DNA from: a virus
Direction: 5' to 3' (one strand)
IMG/VR virus record: IMGVR_UViG_3300013767_000039
Span: 1-46,303 of that record
DNA: 46,303 bases
Shown here: in pieces, positions 7,543 to 17,351 of the stretch
Position numbering within the stretch: the first letter of the stretch is position 1
Layout: each line of letters starts with the position of its first letter
Position numbers and translations under genes: made by a program
The notes under the pieces: generated by a model
Databases searched by the model: none
Seen by the model: the letters and a program-made list of their open reading frames with translations, nothing else
What the model was told of the DNA's origin: nothing

Positions 7543-10431
7543 TTGAACGCTGATGAACTTAGACCTTACCTTAACGATGCAAACGTGCGGTCTTACCTTG
7601 GTGCGATTGCTCAGGGTGAGGGAACAGCCAAAGCTGCTGACCCGTATCGTGTTGCATTCGGTGGTAAGCAAATTGACTCCCTAGACGCTCACCCTGGTAT
7701 TCATCAGACCTTCCGACAGACGGACGGCAAGATGAATACCACCAGTGCTGCGGGTGCCTATCAATTCCAAAAGGGCACATGGGATGATGTATCGAAAGAG
7801 CTGGGCCTGACGGACTTTGGGCCTCAGTCGCAAGACCTTGGGGCTCTCCTGCTCATGGCTCGCAATGGCTCCCTCAAGGATGTTGTCAATGGAGACTTCC
7901 ACTCTGCCGTAGCAAAAGACGGTAAGACTTGGGCCTCCATGCCTACCTCAACCGCAGCTCAACCCAAGAAGTCTGAGGGGGAGTGGATGGCTGGACTAGG
8001 GCAACGGAGTCCTCAGCAAAGCCCACTTGCCCCTGGTAGCAATCCGTTTTCCCCTTCCCCCACTGGAGCAGCCGGGGCTGGAACCGCTAGCACCATCGGC
8101 ACTGTTCCTACTGCTAATCTGCTGGACATGCTGGGTCGGGCTCAAGCGGCTAACGATGACCAGGCTACCCATGAGATTTCTACGGAGCTGCAGCCGCGTC
8201 TGGAGTCAGGCTTGGCAAAGGCTCAAGCAGCCAACGATAACGAAGCTGTTACGCAATACAAGGGCTTCCTAGGCCGTCTTGGTGCGAAACAGGCGGTTGC
8301 CCAAGCTGCACCAGGCAGTCAGCAGCAACAGGGCACGTTCATTGGTAACGTAGGCAGGCAGATTGATAACGCTGTCCGTGGTGCTGCAGACACCCTGAGC
8401 TTTGGCTATGCCGATGAGCTGGCTGCAAAGATGGGTGAGCTGACAGGTCTTGGCCGTGGTGCTACTGGTGGTGACTACGAAAGCAACCTTGCCTCCCAAC
8501 GTCAGATTGACAAGGAAGGTGGTCTAGCTCGCACTGCGGGTCAGGTGGCGGGAGCCTTGGTGCCCCTACCGTTCGCTTCGGCTGCTGGAGCTACCAGAGC
8601 TGCTGAGGGTGCCTCCATACTCTCCCGCGTTGGTCGTGGAGCTGTGGGTGGTGCAATCCAAGGTGGTCTGTATGGCACAGGCTCTGCTGAGGGTGACATC
8701 GAGGACCGTCTGAAGGAAGGTGCTTGGGGTGCCCTAGGTGGTGCAGCCCTTGGTGGTGCTCTTCCGGCTGTCATGCCGCTCACCATGGCGCAAAAGGAAG
8801 CTCGATACATCAAGAAAGCCGGGGGTGAGGAAGCTGCGAGGCGCGATGCTGAAATCACACTTGACCTCAAAGGCCTGGCAGAGCGTGAGACCCAAGGTGG
8901 CGTACCGCTTGGCGCAAAGGCCGCAAATGCTGCAGGGAATGTCTACCTAAAGGACGCAGCAGGTAACCTGAATGCCATCGGCAGGGGTGAAACTGCTGAC
9001 CTTCGGCAGGCCATTGGCTCTGCTGGTGGTCTCAATGACGAACGTCTAGCGGCTCTGGCCCAAAGCAGCCCCCACGGGGAAGCTGTGGTTCAGGCCATCA
9101 AGAAGCAGCAACGCATGGAAGCCATGACGGCTGCTAAGGCCTCCATCGGTGGGCCTGTGGGCTTCCTGAGGCGCGCTGCCCTTGACTTCGTGCCGATGCC
9201 CTACCCGCTTCGCCTGGCACTGCAGCCTCTGCTGGGTGGTCGTCAGACCCGTGAAATGCAGATTCAGAGGCTCCTGAAGCAGTCGGGGGTAGCTCAGGCG
9301 GTCCTGGACCGTCTAGGGGCTTCCAAGGCCTCCACGACAGCCGCAGACCTCGCTGCTGCAGCTCAGGCTGCTCAGGGTGCTCGCGCTGCCTCTGCGGCGG
9401 TTGGAAAGGCTGCTAGGCGCGGTCCTAAGGATGTCATGCAGACACCCCTAGGCAAGACCATTACCAAAGCTCAAAACGAGTATGAGGCAGGTCAGAACGT
9501 AGCCCATGAGGCCAACCTGACACCTGGCATTGACCCCAGCAACATCGTTGCGGCTGCTACTCAGGCTCCTGTGGGCAAGGAATCTGCCCTCTCCAAGCTG
9601 GTCACCAAGGCAAACACACAGTTTGACAAGGATGCTGGTGATGTTTCGGCACTGAGGATGGCTCCAGATGTCGGTAGTCTGGCTGACCAGGCACACACGA
9701 GCGTTCCCATGAAGTCAGAGGGTGGTCTGATGGGCCTCATTGGCAAGGCTCAGGACACGGCAAACGGTCTGGAGGCCTCCGGGATGGATGGCGCAACGGC
9801 CCTACGCAATGAAATCAGCAACATCAAGGCTGAAGGTAAGGCTGGCAAGGTCACTCAAGCTACCGAAGCCAAGGCAGAGCGTGCTGCACAGACCCAAGCG
9901 AGTGTGGACAGAGTGGCGAACGGTGATTTCACTGGTCTTTCACTCAAAAATGGCCCCATTTCCGGCTGGCTGGAGCACACCAACGCTGCCCCTGAGGCTG
10001 TCCACCAGACCCTCTCAGGCCTAGCAGCCGCGGACCCTGACGGAATCGGCAAAACCATCGTCAAGGCACTCACGCCTGGTGGAAAGCTGACCAGAAACGA
10101 GTACTACACAGTCCAAAACGCTCTCCATGCCGTCCATGGTCAGCGTGACGTTGAGGGAGCCCTTGCGGCTGCTACGGCTGAGGCTGATGGTGCTAAGAAA
10201 ATCTGGAATCCGGTTGCCTACAAGGCTCAGGTAGACCGCAGGGTAGCCATGGCTGACCACGCTGCTGCCAATGCCCCCTCCACTGCCATCGCTCAGGGCA
10301 TCCATGACATCGCCCACACCAAGGAACAGTCCGGTAAGGCTGACTTGCTCGCAAAGCTCCTAGCTAAACACCCCAAGCACGGGGATTGGCTGGCTGAGCA
10401 CGCCGCCCCACTAGCTGCATTCGGTGAATGA
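7543..10431 (+). CDS. Internal virion protein with an N-terminal lambda-R-like (GH104) lytic transglycosylase domain (962 aa)
   Basis: AIAQGEGT ... SAAGAYQFQKGTWDDVSKELGLTDFGPQSQDLGALLL ... TWASMP parallels lambda R (WSEGT ... GAGRYQLLSRWWDAYRKQLGLKDFSPKSQDAVALQ ... IWASLP). TTG start, with AAGGG 7 nt upstream. Confidence 0.8.
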   Translation: MNADELRPYLNDANVRSYLGAIAQGEGTAKAADPYRVAFGGKQIDSLDAHPGIHQTFRQTDGKMNTTSAAGAYQFQKGTWDDVSKELGLTDFGPQSQDLGALLLMARNGSLKDVVNGDFHSAVAKDGKTWASMPTSTAAQPKKSEGEWMAGLGQRSPQQSPLAPGSNPFSPSPTGAAGAGTASTIGTVPTANLLDMLGRAQAANDDQATHEISTELQPRLESGLAKAQAANDNEAVTQYKGFLGRLGAKQAVAQAAPGSQQQQGTFIGNVGRQIDNAVRGAADTLSFGYADELAAKMGELTGLGRGATGGDYESNLASQRQIDKEGGLARTAGQVAGALVPLPFASAAGATRAAEGASILSRVGRGAVGGAIQGGLYGTGSAEGDIEDRLKEGAWGALGGAALGGALPAVMPLTMAQKEARYIKKAGGEEAARRDAEITLDLKGLAERETQGGVPLGAKAANAAGNVYLKDAAGNLNAIGRGETADLRQAIGSAGGLNDERLAALAQSSPHGEAVVQAIKKQQRMEAMTAAKASIGGPVGFLRRAALDFVPMPYPLRLALQPLLGGRQTREMQIQRLLKQSGVAQAVLDRLGASKASTTAADLAAAAQAAQGARAASAAVGKAARRGPKDVMQTPLGKTITKAQNEYEAGQNVAHEANLTPGIDPSNIVAAATQAPVGKESALSKLVTKANTQFDKDAGDVSALRMAPDVGSLADQAHTSVPMKSEGGLMGLIGKAQDTANGLEASGMDGATALRNEISNIKAEGKAGKVTQATEAKAERAAQTQASVDRVANGDFTGLSLKNGPISGWLEHTNAAPEAVHQTLSGLAAADPDGIGKTIVKALTPGGKLTRNEYYTVQNALHAVHGQRDVEGALAAATAEADGAKKIWNPVAYKAQVDRRVAMADHAAANAPSTAIAQGIHDIAHTKEQSGKADLLAKLLAKHPKHGDWLAEHAAPLAAFGE

Positions 10432-10760
10432 AACCTATTGAAATTCTAAACATGCTGCGGGTGTTCCGTGAGGTTATTGCGGACTCCGTTTTTGACAATC
10501 AAACGAAGTACAGGCTTGGCACGGAGATTCTTGAGAGTCTTCCACCCCGAAACCTGTATGTAACCGCCGCTCACACCTTAGAGGCTGTGGAATCAGCCAT
10601 GAAAGCTGAGCTGGCAACGCTGGAGAAAGAGATTGGCTGTAACGCCTCCCGACAAAGTGGGCTCTCGGGCTCACTGGAACCTGCCGAAGCCACGGGTAAA
10701 GAGAAAGGGGACCACAGACCCCGAAAAAAACCTCTTCGTAAGGATGCAGCTCACCCCTGA
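10428..10760 (+). CDS. Hypothetical protein (110 aa); its 3' third overlaps the small-terminase ORF in another frame
   Basis: ATGA overlap with the upstream stop. The helical N-terminal 70 aa look coding. The C-terminal part crosses an A7 tract (10724-10730). Confidence 0.5.
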   Translation: MKPIEILNMLRVFREVIADSVFDNQTKYRLGTEILESLPPRNLYVTAAHTLEAVESAMKAELATLEKEIGCNASRQSGLSGSLEPAEATGKEKGDHRPRKKPLRKDAAHP

Positions 10761-11136
10761 GGGTAGAGCCCTTTGGAAGCTGTGGACTGACAAGAGGTTT
10801 GCTTCAAAGATGGGGCGTCCCGTTGGTTCAACCACCGGCTACTCCAAATCCAAGCGAGACAAGATCATCCACAAGGCGAAAGCTGAGTCCAAGGAAATCG
10901 TAAAGTTTATGGCAGAACAGAAAGGCTACGAGATTCCCAAGGCAGAGTTTGCTAAGGAATCCATTGAATGCGCTGTAGAAATCATGCGGCGTGATGACAT
11001 CAACGTCAAAGACAAACTGGCTGCAGCCAAGACGGTGCTTGAGTGGACCATGGCAAAGCCTGCAACGGAATCCACAGTCAACGTGAAGCGTGCTGAGGAC
11101 TTCCTTAGCGAGATTGCAGAGGAAATGAAGGGTTGA
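10633..11136 (+). CDS. Terminase small subunit (start uncertain: TTG 10633 or ATG 10744)
   Basis: Lies immediately upstream of and overlapping terL. INVKDKLAAAKTVLEWTMAKP resembles the conserved D-x-R-x-R-L-x-A-A-x-x-L-L-x-x-x-x-G-K-P block of small terminases. Confidence 0.55.
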   Translation: MAVTPPDKVGSRAHWNLPKPRVKRKGTTDPEKNLFVRMQLTPEGRALWKLWTDKRFASKMGRPVGSTTGYSKSKRDKIIHKAKAESKEIVKFMAEQKGYEIPKAEFAKESIECAVEIMRRDDINVKDKLAAAKTVLEWTMAKPATESTVNVKRAEDFLSEIAEEMKG

Positions 11137-12701
11137 GTGACGCCAAAGCTGTTAGGCGTAGGCTCTTTGAGGACTTTGAGTTTTACGCCAGACATGCTTT
11201 GAAGATACGGACGAAGGAAGGGACTGTTGTCCCCCTTGTCCTCAACGAAGCTCAAAAGCGTTTCTGTGAGGTTGTCATCAGACAGCTTCAGACCACCGGA
11301 AGAGTCCGTGTGGTGGTCCTCAAAGGACGACAGCAGGGATTGTCTACGGTCATTGAGGCCATTATCTATTGGTGGACATCCCAGCACAAAGCAGTAAAGG
11401 CAATCGTGATGACGCACCAGGGGGAGTCAACCAAGGCTCTCTTTGACATGGCAAAGCGGTATCACGAAAACTGCCCTGAAATCCTGCGCCCCAAAACCAA
11501 ATATTCAAGCCGTAAAGAGCTGGCCTTTGACATCCTAGACAGCAGCTACATGGTGGCTACTGCTGGTGGTGAAGGTGTTGGCCGTGGTGAAACGATTCAG
11601 CTAGCCCACATGTCTGAGGCTGCGTTTTACCCTCCTGCTTCGGCACGCGACAACATCAACGGTCTGCTACAGGCCATTCCCAATGCCAAGGGCTCCATGG
11701 TCTTCGTGGAGTCTACCGCCAACGGTATCGGCAACCCATTCCATGAGATATGGAGCAATGCGGTCAATGGAACCAACGAGTTTGAACCTGTATTCATCCC
11801 GTGGTTCATTCAGTCTGAATACCGCTTTGAAGTCCCTGAGAATTTCGAGCGTACCCCTGAAGAGGACAAGCTAGTTGAGGCCTACGGGCTGGACAACCAA
11901 CAGCTCATGTTCCGGCGTAAAAAGATTGCTGTGAACGGGCTGGAAATGTTCAACCAGGAATATCCAAACATCGCTGACGAAGCCTTTCTGACCTCAGGTA
12001 GGCCAGTGTTCAACCCACAGCAACTCCACGGACTGCTAGAGGAAGCACCAGACATCGTTGGACGCCTAGAGCTGATACAGGACGAATGGGAAGAGGCTAC
12101 CCGTGGTGACCTCATCCTGTACAAGCACATTGACCCTGGTGAGTCCTACTACATCGGTGCTGACGTTGCCATGGGTGTCCGTGGTGGCGACTGGTCAGTA
12201 GCTCAGGTGCTAGATAGTCATAAGAGACAGGTAGCAATCTACCGATCACAAGTACATCCAGACTATTTCGCAACGGTTCTGAACCACCTAGGGCACTTCT
12301 TTAACACTGCCCGTATTGCCGTAGAAAACAACAATCACGGCATCCTCACAAGCACCCGCCTAGGCAAAGACCTTGCCTATCCCAACCTCTACTTTGAGAC
12401 CTCCGTAGACAAGCAGACCGAAAACGAAACGGTCACCTACGGCTTCCGCACTACCGTCAAAACAAAGCCCTTGATTATCGACAAGCTGCGACAGGCTTTC
12501 CGAGAGAGGGACATTCAGGTCAACGATAAGACCACTCTACGTGAGTGCATGACTTACGTGGTGAAAGACGATGGGAAGCTGGAGGCCGAAGCGGGCTGCT
12601 TTGATGACTGCGTTATGTCACTGGCAATCGCCAATTTTATTCACGATGGTCGTTTCACCCCTGTTGAGGTGACAGATGACTTTTACATAGAGATGATTTG
12701 A
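11133..12701 (+). CDS. terL: Terminase large subunit (522 aa)
   Basis: Walker-A-like VLKGRQQGLST is present, and the C-terminal nuclease region has CFDDCVMSLAIA. Size and position before the portal gene fit. TTG start overlaps the terS stop. Confidence 0.9.
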   Translation: MSDAKAVRRRLFEDFEFYARHALKIRTKEGTVVPLVLNEAQKRFCEVVIRQLQTTGRVRVVVLKGRQQGLSTVIEAIIYWWTSQHKAVKAIVMTHQGESTKALFDMAKRYHENCPEILRPKTKYSSRKELAFDILDSSYMVATAGGEGVGRGETIQLAHMSEAAFYPPASARDNINGLLQAIPNAKGSMVFVESTANGIGNPFHEIWSNAVNGTNEFEPVFIPWFIQSEYRFEVPENFERTPEEDKLVEAYGLDNQQLMFRRKKIAVNGLEMFNQEYPNIADEAFLTSGRPVFNPQQLHGLLEEAPDIVGRLELIQDEWEEATRGDLILYKHIDPGESYYIGADVAMGVRGGDWSVAQVLDSHKRQVAIYRSQVHPDYFATVLNHLGHFFNTARIAVENNNHGILTSTRLGKDLAYPNLYFETSVDKQTENETVTYGFRTTVKTKPLIIDKLRQAFRERDIQVNDKTTLRECMTYVVKDDGKLEAEAGCFDDCVMSLAIANFIHDGRFTPVEVTDDFYIEMI

Positions 12702-14755
12702 TGGCAAAGGCCGAAGATTTTTTGCCTGTATCAGAGGATGAACTTCTGCCACTCCTACAGCGGGAGCTGCGTACTAGCGTTGGCTACTATGACTCCAAGC
12801 TGTCCAAGGAACGTCAGGAAGTCCTTGAGTATTACTCCGGTCTAAAGCCTAAGCCCTCCCACGCTGGCAACAGTAAGTACATCAGTATGGATGTCTTTGA
12901 CTCCGTGGAGAGCATGAAGGCTGTCCTGCTGGAGACCTTTGCGGCTGGGAACAAGATTGTCTCTTTTGACCCTCAGACTTCCAACGATGTTGAGGACATG
13001 CGTATTGCCACAGAGTATGCGGACTACGTTGTCCACCGGCAAAACGACAGTTACAACATCTTCAGCACGGTCATCCAAGATGGTCTCCTGGCACGCTGCG
13101 GTGTAGCCAAGGTCTATTGGGATGAGCAGATTGAAGAGCAACAGGAAGAGTTTGAGAACCTGACTCAGGACGAAGTGGACATGCTCCTAGCGTTGCCTGA
13201 TGTCAAGGATGCCAAGCTGGAACCCGATGAGGACACAGGCCTCTTTGAGGGTGAGCTGACCAGGATGATTGACCGTAGCCAAGTACGGATTGACCCGGTA
13301 GCACCTGAGGAATTCCTGATTAGCACCCAAGCCGTAAGCATTGACAAGGCTGCTTTTGTTGCCCACCGCACCCGTAAGAGTCTCGCTGACCTTATCGCTG
13401 AGGGCTATGACAAGAAGAAAGTCAACCAGCTCGGGGGTGAGGATGACGCTGATGCCCTGAACACTGACCCGGAAGTGCTGGCACGCTTTGAGAGTATTGG
13501 TGCAGACCGTCTGAACCTGACAGGTGACGAAGTGCAGCCTATCAATCGCATGGTCATTGTCTATGAGTGCTACCTACGTCTGGACATGAAGGGCGATGGC
13601 GTCACGAAGCTCTACAAGGTGACCCTGAGCGGCAACACGATTCTTGACCATGAAGAGGTCAGCCGGAAGCCATTCATTCACTTCTGCCCTATCCCGATGA
13701 CGCACGCCTTTTACGGCACGAACTACGCGGCACGGGTGATTCCCACGCAGAACGCACGAACGGTCTTGGTACGCGGCATTCTGGACCACACGGTCATCAC
13801 CAATAACCCCCGCATGATGGTGGTCAAGGGTGCGCTGACGAATCCCAAGGAACTCATTGAGAACCGTGTGGGTGGTCTCGTCAACGTCACCAGACCAGAC
13901 GGCATCATGCCACTGCCTCAGGCAGGCCTCAACCCGTTTGTCTTCCAAACCATTCAGCTCTTGGATGAGGATAAGGAAGAGTCAACAGGCATTTCCAAGC
14001 TGTCTCAGGGCCTCAACAAGGATGCTGTAAGCAAGCAGAACTCCGGGGCCATGGTTGAGCAGCTTGTGGGGCTGTCTCAGCAACGCGAAAAGATCATTGC
14101 TCGCAATTTCGCTACTCAGTTTATCAAGCCTCTCTACCTAGAGGTCTACCGGCTGATTCTTGAGAACGAAAAGCAGGAAAAGATTGTACGTGTTGCAGGT
14201 GACTTCCACCCTGTAGACCCTCAAACGTGGGCTGAGCAAGTCCAATGCACGATTGAGCTAAAGCTGGGCTACGGTGAGCAGGAACGCGAGGCTCAGAAGT
14301 ACATGCAGATGTCTCAGGCATTCACGCAGAACCCGAAGTATGCGCGCATGTTTGGTGAGCAACAGGCTTACAACGTTGGCACCAAGATTTGCGAGCTGAT
14401 GGGCATCAAGGACGTCTCAAGCTATCTGTCCGACCCCGCACAGCTACCGGCTCCGCAGCCTGACCCGATGATGGTCAAGCAGATGCAACTGGAAGAGCGG
14501 AAAGTGGGCACGCAAGAAACCATTGCGAACGCTCAAGCGCAAAAGGTCACCATCCATGCGCAGCTCGAAATCATGCAGCTCAACATGGAACGCCTACACA
14601 ACCAGTTTGAACAACTGGCTAAGCAGCGTGACCTTGACCGTAAGGAATTTGAAGCCACTTCCAAGGCGGCTATTGCGGCTGAAGAGCTGGAGCTGGCTAA
14701 GAAGGAAGCTGAACAAAATCCTGCGCAAACCAGAGCAATCATTTCCCCTAACTGA
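12698..14755 (+). CDS. Portal (head-tail connector) protein (685 aa)
   Basis: ATGA-coupled to terL. Size and the terL-portal-scaffold-capsid order fit. The C-terminus is charged and coiled-coil. Confidence 0.85.
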   Translation: MMAKAEDFLPVSEDELLPLLQRELRTSVGYYDSKLSKERQEVLEYYSGLKPKPSHAGNSKYISMDVFDSVESMKAVLLETFAAGNKIVSFDPQTSNDVEDMRIATEYADYVVHRQNDSYNIFSTVIQDGLLARCGVAKVYWDEQIEEQQEEFENLTQDEVDMLLALPDVKDAKLEPDEDTGLFEGELTRMIDRSQVRIDPVAPEEFLISTQAVSIDKAAFVAHRTRKSLADLIAEGYDKKKVNQLGGEDDADALNTDPEVLARFESIGADRLNLTGDEVQPINRMVIVYECYLRLDMKGDGVTKLYKVTLSGNTILDHEEVSRKPFIHFCPIPMTHAFYGTNYAARVIPTQNARTVLVRGILDHTVITNNPRMMVVKGALTNPKELIENRVGGLVNVTRPDGIMPLPQAGLNPFVFQTIQLLDEDKEESTGISKLSQGLNKDAVSKQNSGAMVEQLVGLSQQREKIIARNFATQFIKPLYLEVYRLILENEKQEKIVRVAGDFHPVDPQTWAEQVQCTIELKLGYGEQEREAQKYMQMSQAFTQNPKYARMFGEQQAYNVGTKICELMGIKDVSSYLSDPAQLPAPQPDPMMVKQMQLEERKVGTQETIANAQAQKVTIHAQLEIMQLNMERLHNQFEQLAKQRDLDRKEFEATSKAAIAAEELELAKKEAEQNPAQTRAIISPN

Positions 14756-15000
14756 TGGATAACACGCTGATTATCAGCCGTGGAACTGCTGCAGCGGAGC
14801 TTCTGAAGACAGAGGCTTTCGCTGTGGTGGTCAATGAGCTTTACAACCAATACCTAGGTGACATCACAAGCAGCCCCATGGAGGCTAAGGAATTGCGGGA
14901 GACCCGCTTTTACCAGCTCCGGGCACTGCAGGACATCACCACAGAACTGAATAGCTGGGTTCAAGCGAAAGACCAGCTCTTTGAAGAGAGTAACGATTAA
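14755..15000 (+). CDS. Hypothetical head-module protein (81 aa)
   Basis: The start overlaps the portal stop (TGATG). It lies between portal and scaffold. Confidence 0.6.
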   Translation: MDNTLIISRGTAAAELLKTEAFAVVVNELYNQYLGDITSSPMEAKELRETRFYQLRALQDITTELNSWVQAKDQLFEESND

Positions 15001-15002
15001 GT

Positions 15003-16016
15003 ATGACTACCACTACCAATACTGGCGTGGACTTTGATGATTCGGCCTCCCATGATTTTGATGCTGCCGAAGGATTTATGTCTAAGTGGAATGTGGACCC
15101 GGAAACGGCATCCGAACCCCCTAAGGACGATGATGAGGTAACCCCTGAGCATGAAGAGGAACAGGAGGATACCGAAGCTGTAGAAGAGACTGAAGAAACG
15201 GATGAGTCTGAGGACGACCCTCAGGAGGATTCTGAAGAGGAAGCAGAGACAGATGACGAAGGTGGAAAGCCCAGCAAAACGCTGGACGATGACGCCACGG
15301 TCAAGGTCAAAGTAGACGAAGAGGAATTCGAGGTATCGGTTAAAGACCTCAAACGGCTCTACGGTCAGGAAGCAGCTCTAACGCGGAAATCGCAAGCCCT
15401 TGCAACTCAACGTAAGGACATCGAGGCGAACGGTGTAAAGCTCGCTGCTCAGCTTGAACGCATCCACCAAAAGGCCCTGGCACGCTGGGAGCCCTACTCC
15501 AAGGTGGACATGCTCTTGGCTAGCAAACAGCTTGACGCTGAGCAATTCGCTGCCCTGCGACAGGAAGCCCAAGCGGCCTACGACGATTACCGCTTCATTA
15601 CCCAAGAGGTTGATGGCTTCGTGCAGGAGCAGAACACCAACCGGCAAAAGGTCATGCAACAGCAGGCCAAGGAAGCCGTGAAGGTGCTGCAGGACGCTAT
15701 CCCGAACTGGTCACAGAAACTGTATGACGAGATTCGTGAGTATGCGATTGGCAAGGGCCTAGACGCATCTGTGGTCAATAACATGGTTGACCCCACCGCA
15801 CTCCTGATGCTCCACAAGGCACGTCTTTTTGACAATGCCAAGTCGGTTGTGACCACCAAAAAGGTTACCCAAGCAAAGAAGGTCCTGAAGACCACGCAAG
15901 CCGTGAAGGCTCCCCAGCCTGGTCAGGACAAGCTCGCCAAACAGAAGGCACGCCTGGCTAAGTCCGGTTCTACCGATGATGCCGCGGACCTCTTCTTGGC
16001 TCGCTGGGATGCCTAA
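15003..16016 (+). CDS. Scaffolding protein (337 aa)
   Basis: Extremely acidic N-terminal region (DDDEVTPEHEEEQEDTEAVEETEETDESEDD), a long helical Q/A/K-rich remainder, and a position directly before the capsid gene. Confidence 0.75.
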   Translation: MTTTTNTGVDFDDSASHDFDAAEGFMSKWNVDPETASEPPKDDDEVTPEHEEEQEDTEAVEETEETDESEDDPQEDSEEEAETDDEGGKPSKTLDDDATVKVKVDEEEFEVSVKDLKRLYGQEAALTRKSQALATQRKDIEANGVKLAAQLERIHQKALARWEPYSKVDMLLASKQLDAEQFAALRQEAQAAYDDYRFITQEVDGFVQEQNTNRQKVMQQQAKEAVKVLQDAIPNWSQKLYDEIREYAIGKGLDASVVNNMVDPTALLMLHKARLFDNAKSVVTTKKVTQAKKVLKTTQAVKAPQPGQDKLAKQKARLAKSGSTDDAADLFLARWDA

Positions 16017-16049
16017 CCAATCCACATTTAGATTTAAAGGAAGCCACAC

Positions 16050-16982
16050 ATGGCAACTCAATTCGATACCTACACTCAGGTAGGTAAGAAGGAAGACGTT
16101 TCGGACGTCATCACCAACATCAGCCCGACGCTGACCCCGTTCCAGACCCTCATCAAGGGTGAAAAGGTACACAACACGGTCTACCAGTGGCAGGAAGACA
16201 GCCTGAACACGGTGGCACAGAACGCTGTGGTTGAAGGTGTGGATGCTGTTGATAGCACCATGAACCCGACTGTGATGCGGTCGAACTACACCCAAATCAT
16301 GCAGAAGACTGTCCGTGTTACGGGCACTGCAGATACGGTGGCAACGTATGGTCGCGCCAAGGAACTGGCCTACCAGCTCTCCAAGAAGTCTGCTGAAGTT
16401 AAGCGTGAAATGGAGTACATGCTGGTTGGTATGTCGCAGGACGCGGCTATCGGCTCCAGCTCGGTTGCTCGCACCTTCGGTAACGTGTGGGGCCATGACG
16501 CCACCGCTACGCTGATTCAGGACGCTTCGGTTATCGTGGACAACACGGCTACCCCCAAGGCACTGAATGAAGCTGACGTGCTGACGGCCAATCAGAACCT
16601 CTATAACGCGGGTGCTGAGGCTAACTACATCATGGTTAAGCCGTCTGACAGCGTGCTCTTTGCGAGCTTCGCACAGGCTGCTGGTCGTATGCGTAACTTC
16701 GGTGCGGATAAGAGCATCGTGAACGTGGTTAATCTGTATGTAAGTCCGTTCGGTGAGCAGAAAGTCCTGATTAATCGCTTCCTGAAGGCGGACCGTTGCA
16801 TGATTTTCGATCCGCAGTACTTCAAGCTGATGACGCTGCGCCCGTGGACGCGCGAACAGCTCGCTAAGACTGGTGATGCCGAACGCCACCAGCTCCTGGG
16901 CGAGTTTGGTTTCAAGAAGACCAACTACAAGGCCACCACGGCCATCCTCGGCTGCACGGGCACCAACCCGAACGCGCCGTAA
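16050..16982 (+). CDS. Major capsid protein (310 aa)
   Basis: AAGGAAG SD. The N-terminal GKKEDVSDVITNISPTLTPF motif is typical of a widespread podovirus major capsid family. A strong hairpin terminator follows. Confidence 0.85.
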   Translation: MATQFDTYTQVGKKEDVSDVITNISPTLTPFQTLIKGEKVHNTVYQWQEDSLNTVAQNAVVEGVDAVDSTMNPTVMRSNYTQIMQKTVRVTGTADTVATYGRAKELAYQLSKKSAEVKREMEYMLVGMSQDAAIGSSSVARTFGNVWGHDATATLIQDASVIVDNTATPKALNEADVLTANQNLYNAGAEANYIMVKPSDSVLFASFAQAAGRMRNFGADKSIVNVVNLYVSPFGEQKVLINRFLKADRCMIFDPQYFKLMTLRPWTREQLAKTGDAERHQLLGEFGFKKTNYKATTAILGCTGTNPNAP

Positions 16983-17002
16983 TTCTCTACGGCTTCGCTT
17001 TA

Positions 17003-17045
17003 GGCCCCTTGGGTGGACACTCTCCCGCCCTTGGGGCTTTTTCAT
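17003..17045 (+). terminator. Rho-independent-type terminator after the capsid gene
   Basis: Imperfect hairpin GGCCCCttGGGTGG-acactctc-CCgCCCttGGGGCT, followed by TTTTCATTT. The position is analogous to T-phi after T7 gene 10. Confidence 0.55.
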
Positions 17046-17057
17046 TTGTGCTCCTAC

Positions 17058-17351
17058 ATGACAAAAATCCATGACATCCAGCTCGACTTTGACGAGACCA
17101 CGGATGGCCTAGTTGTACACAAGTCTCAATACATCGACCCTGCATTTCTTGACTCGCTCAAGGAACAGCGGCACGAATCCAAGCACGCACGCTCAGGTGA
17201 ATACCACCAAGCAGCGTCCATCCCCGTAGTGATTGTAGAAAAGTGGATGCAAGAGGGCTATGACGTTTATACGGAACCTGTCCGCAAGACGTTGGCAAAG
17301 CTCAAGGCTGAAGGTTTGGACTACTTCATTACCACTGACAAGAATATTTAA
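17058..17351 (+). CDS. Hypothetical protein (97 aa; MTKIHD...)
   Basis: The track ORF starts at 17013, inside the terminator hairpin. The first ATG after the hairpin is at 17058. Confidence 0.6.
   Translation: MTKIHDIQLDFDETTDGLVVHKSQYIDPAFLDSLKEQRHESKHARSGEYHQAASIPVVIVEKWMQEGYDVYTEPVRKTLAKLKAEGLDYFITTDKNI

Noticed and set aside
16873-17061. T7 10A/10B-style frameshift extension of the capsid gene
   Set aside because: The 62-aa alternate-frame ORF is Arg/Pro/Ser-rich junk that runs through the terminator hairpin, and no slippery heptamer lies near the capsid stop.
15759-17072. 437-aa minus-strand ORF
   Set aside because: It is entirely antisense to the scaffold and major capsid genes, which have strong independent support (SD, motifs, operon context). 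Its translation is Arg/Gly/Leu/Val-rich junk. This genome leaves many long alternative-frame ORFs open.
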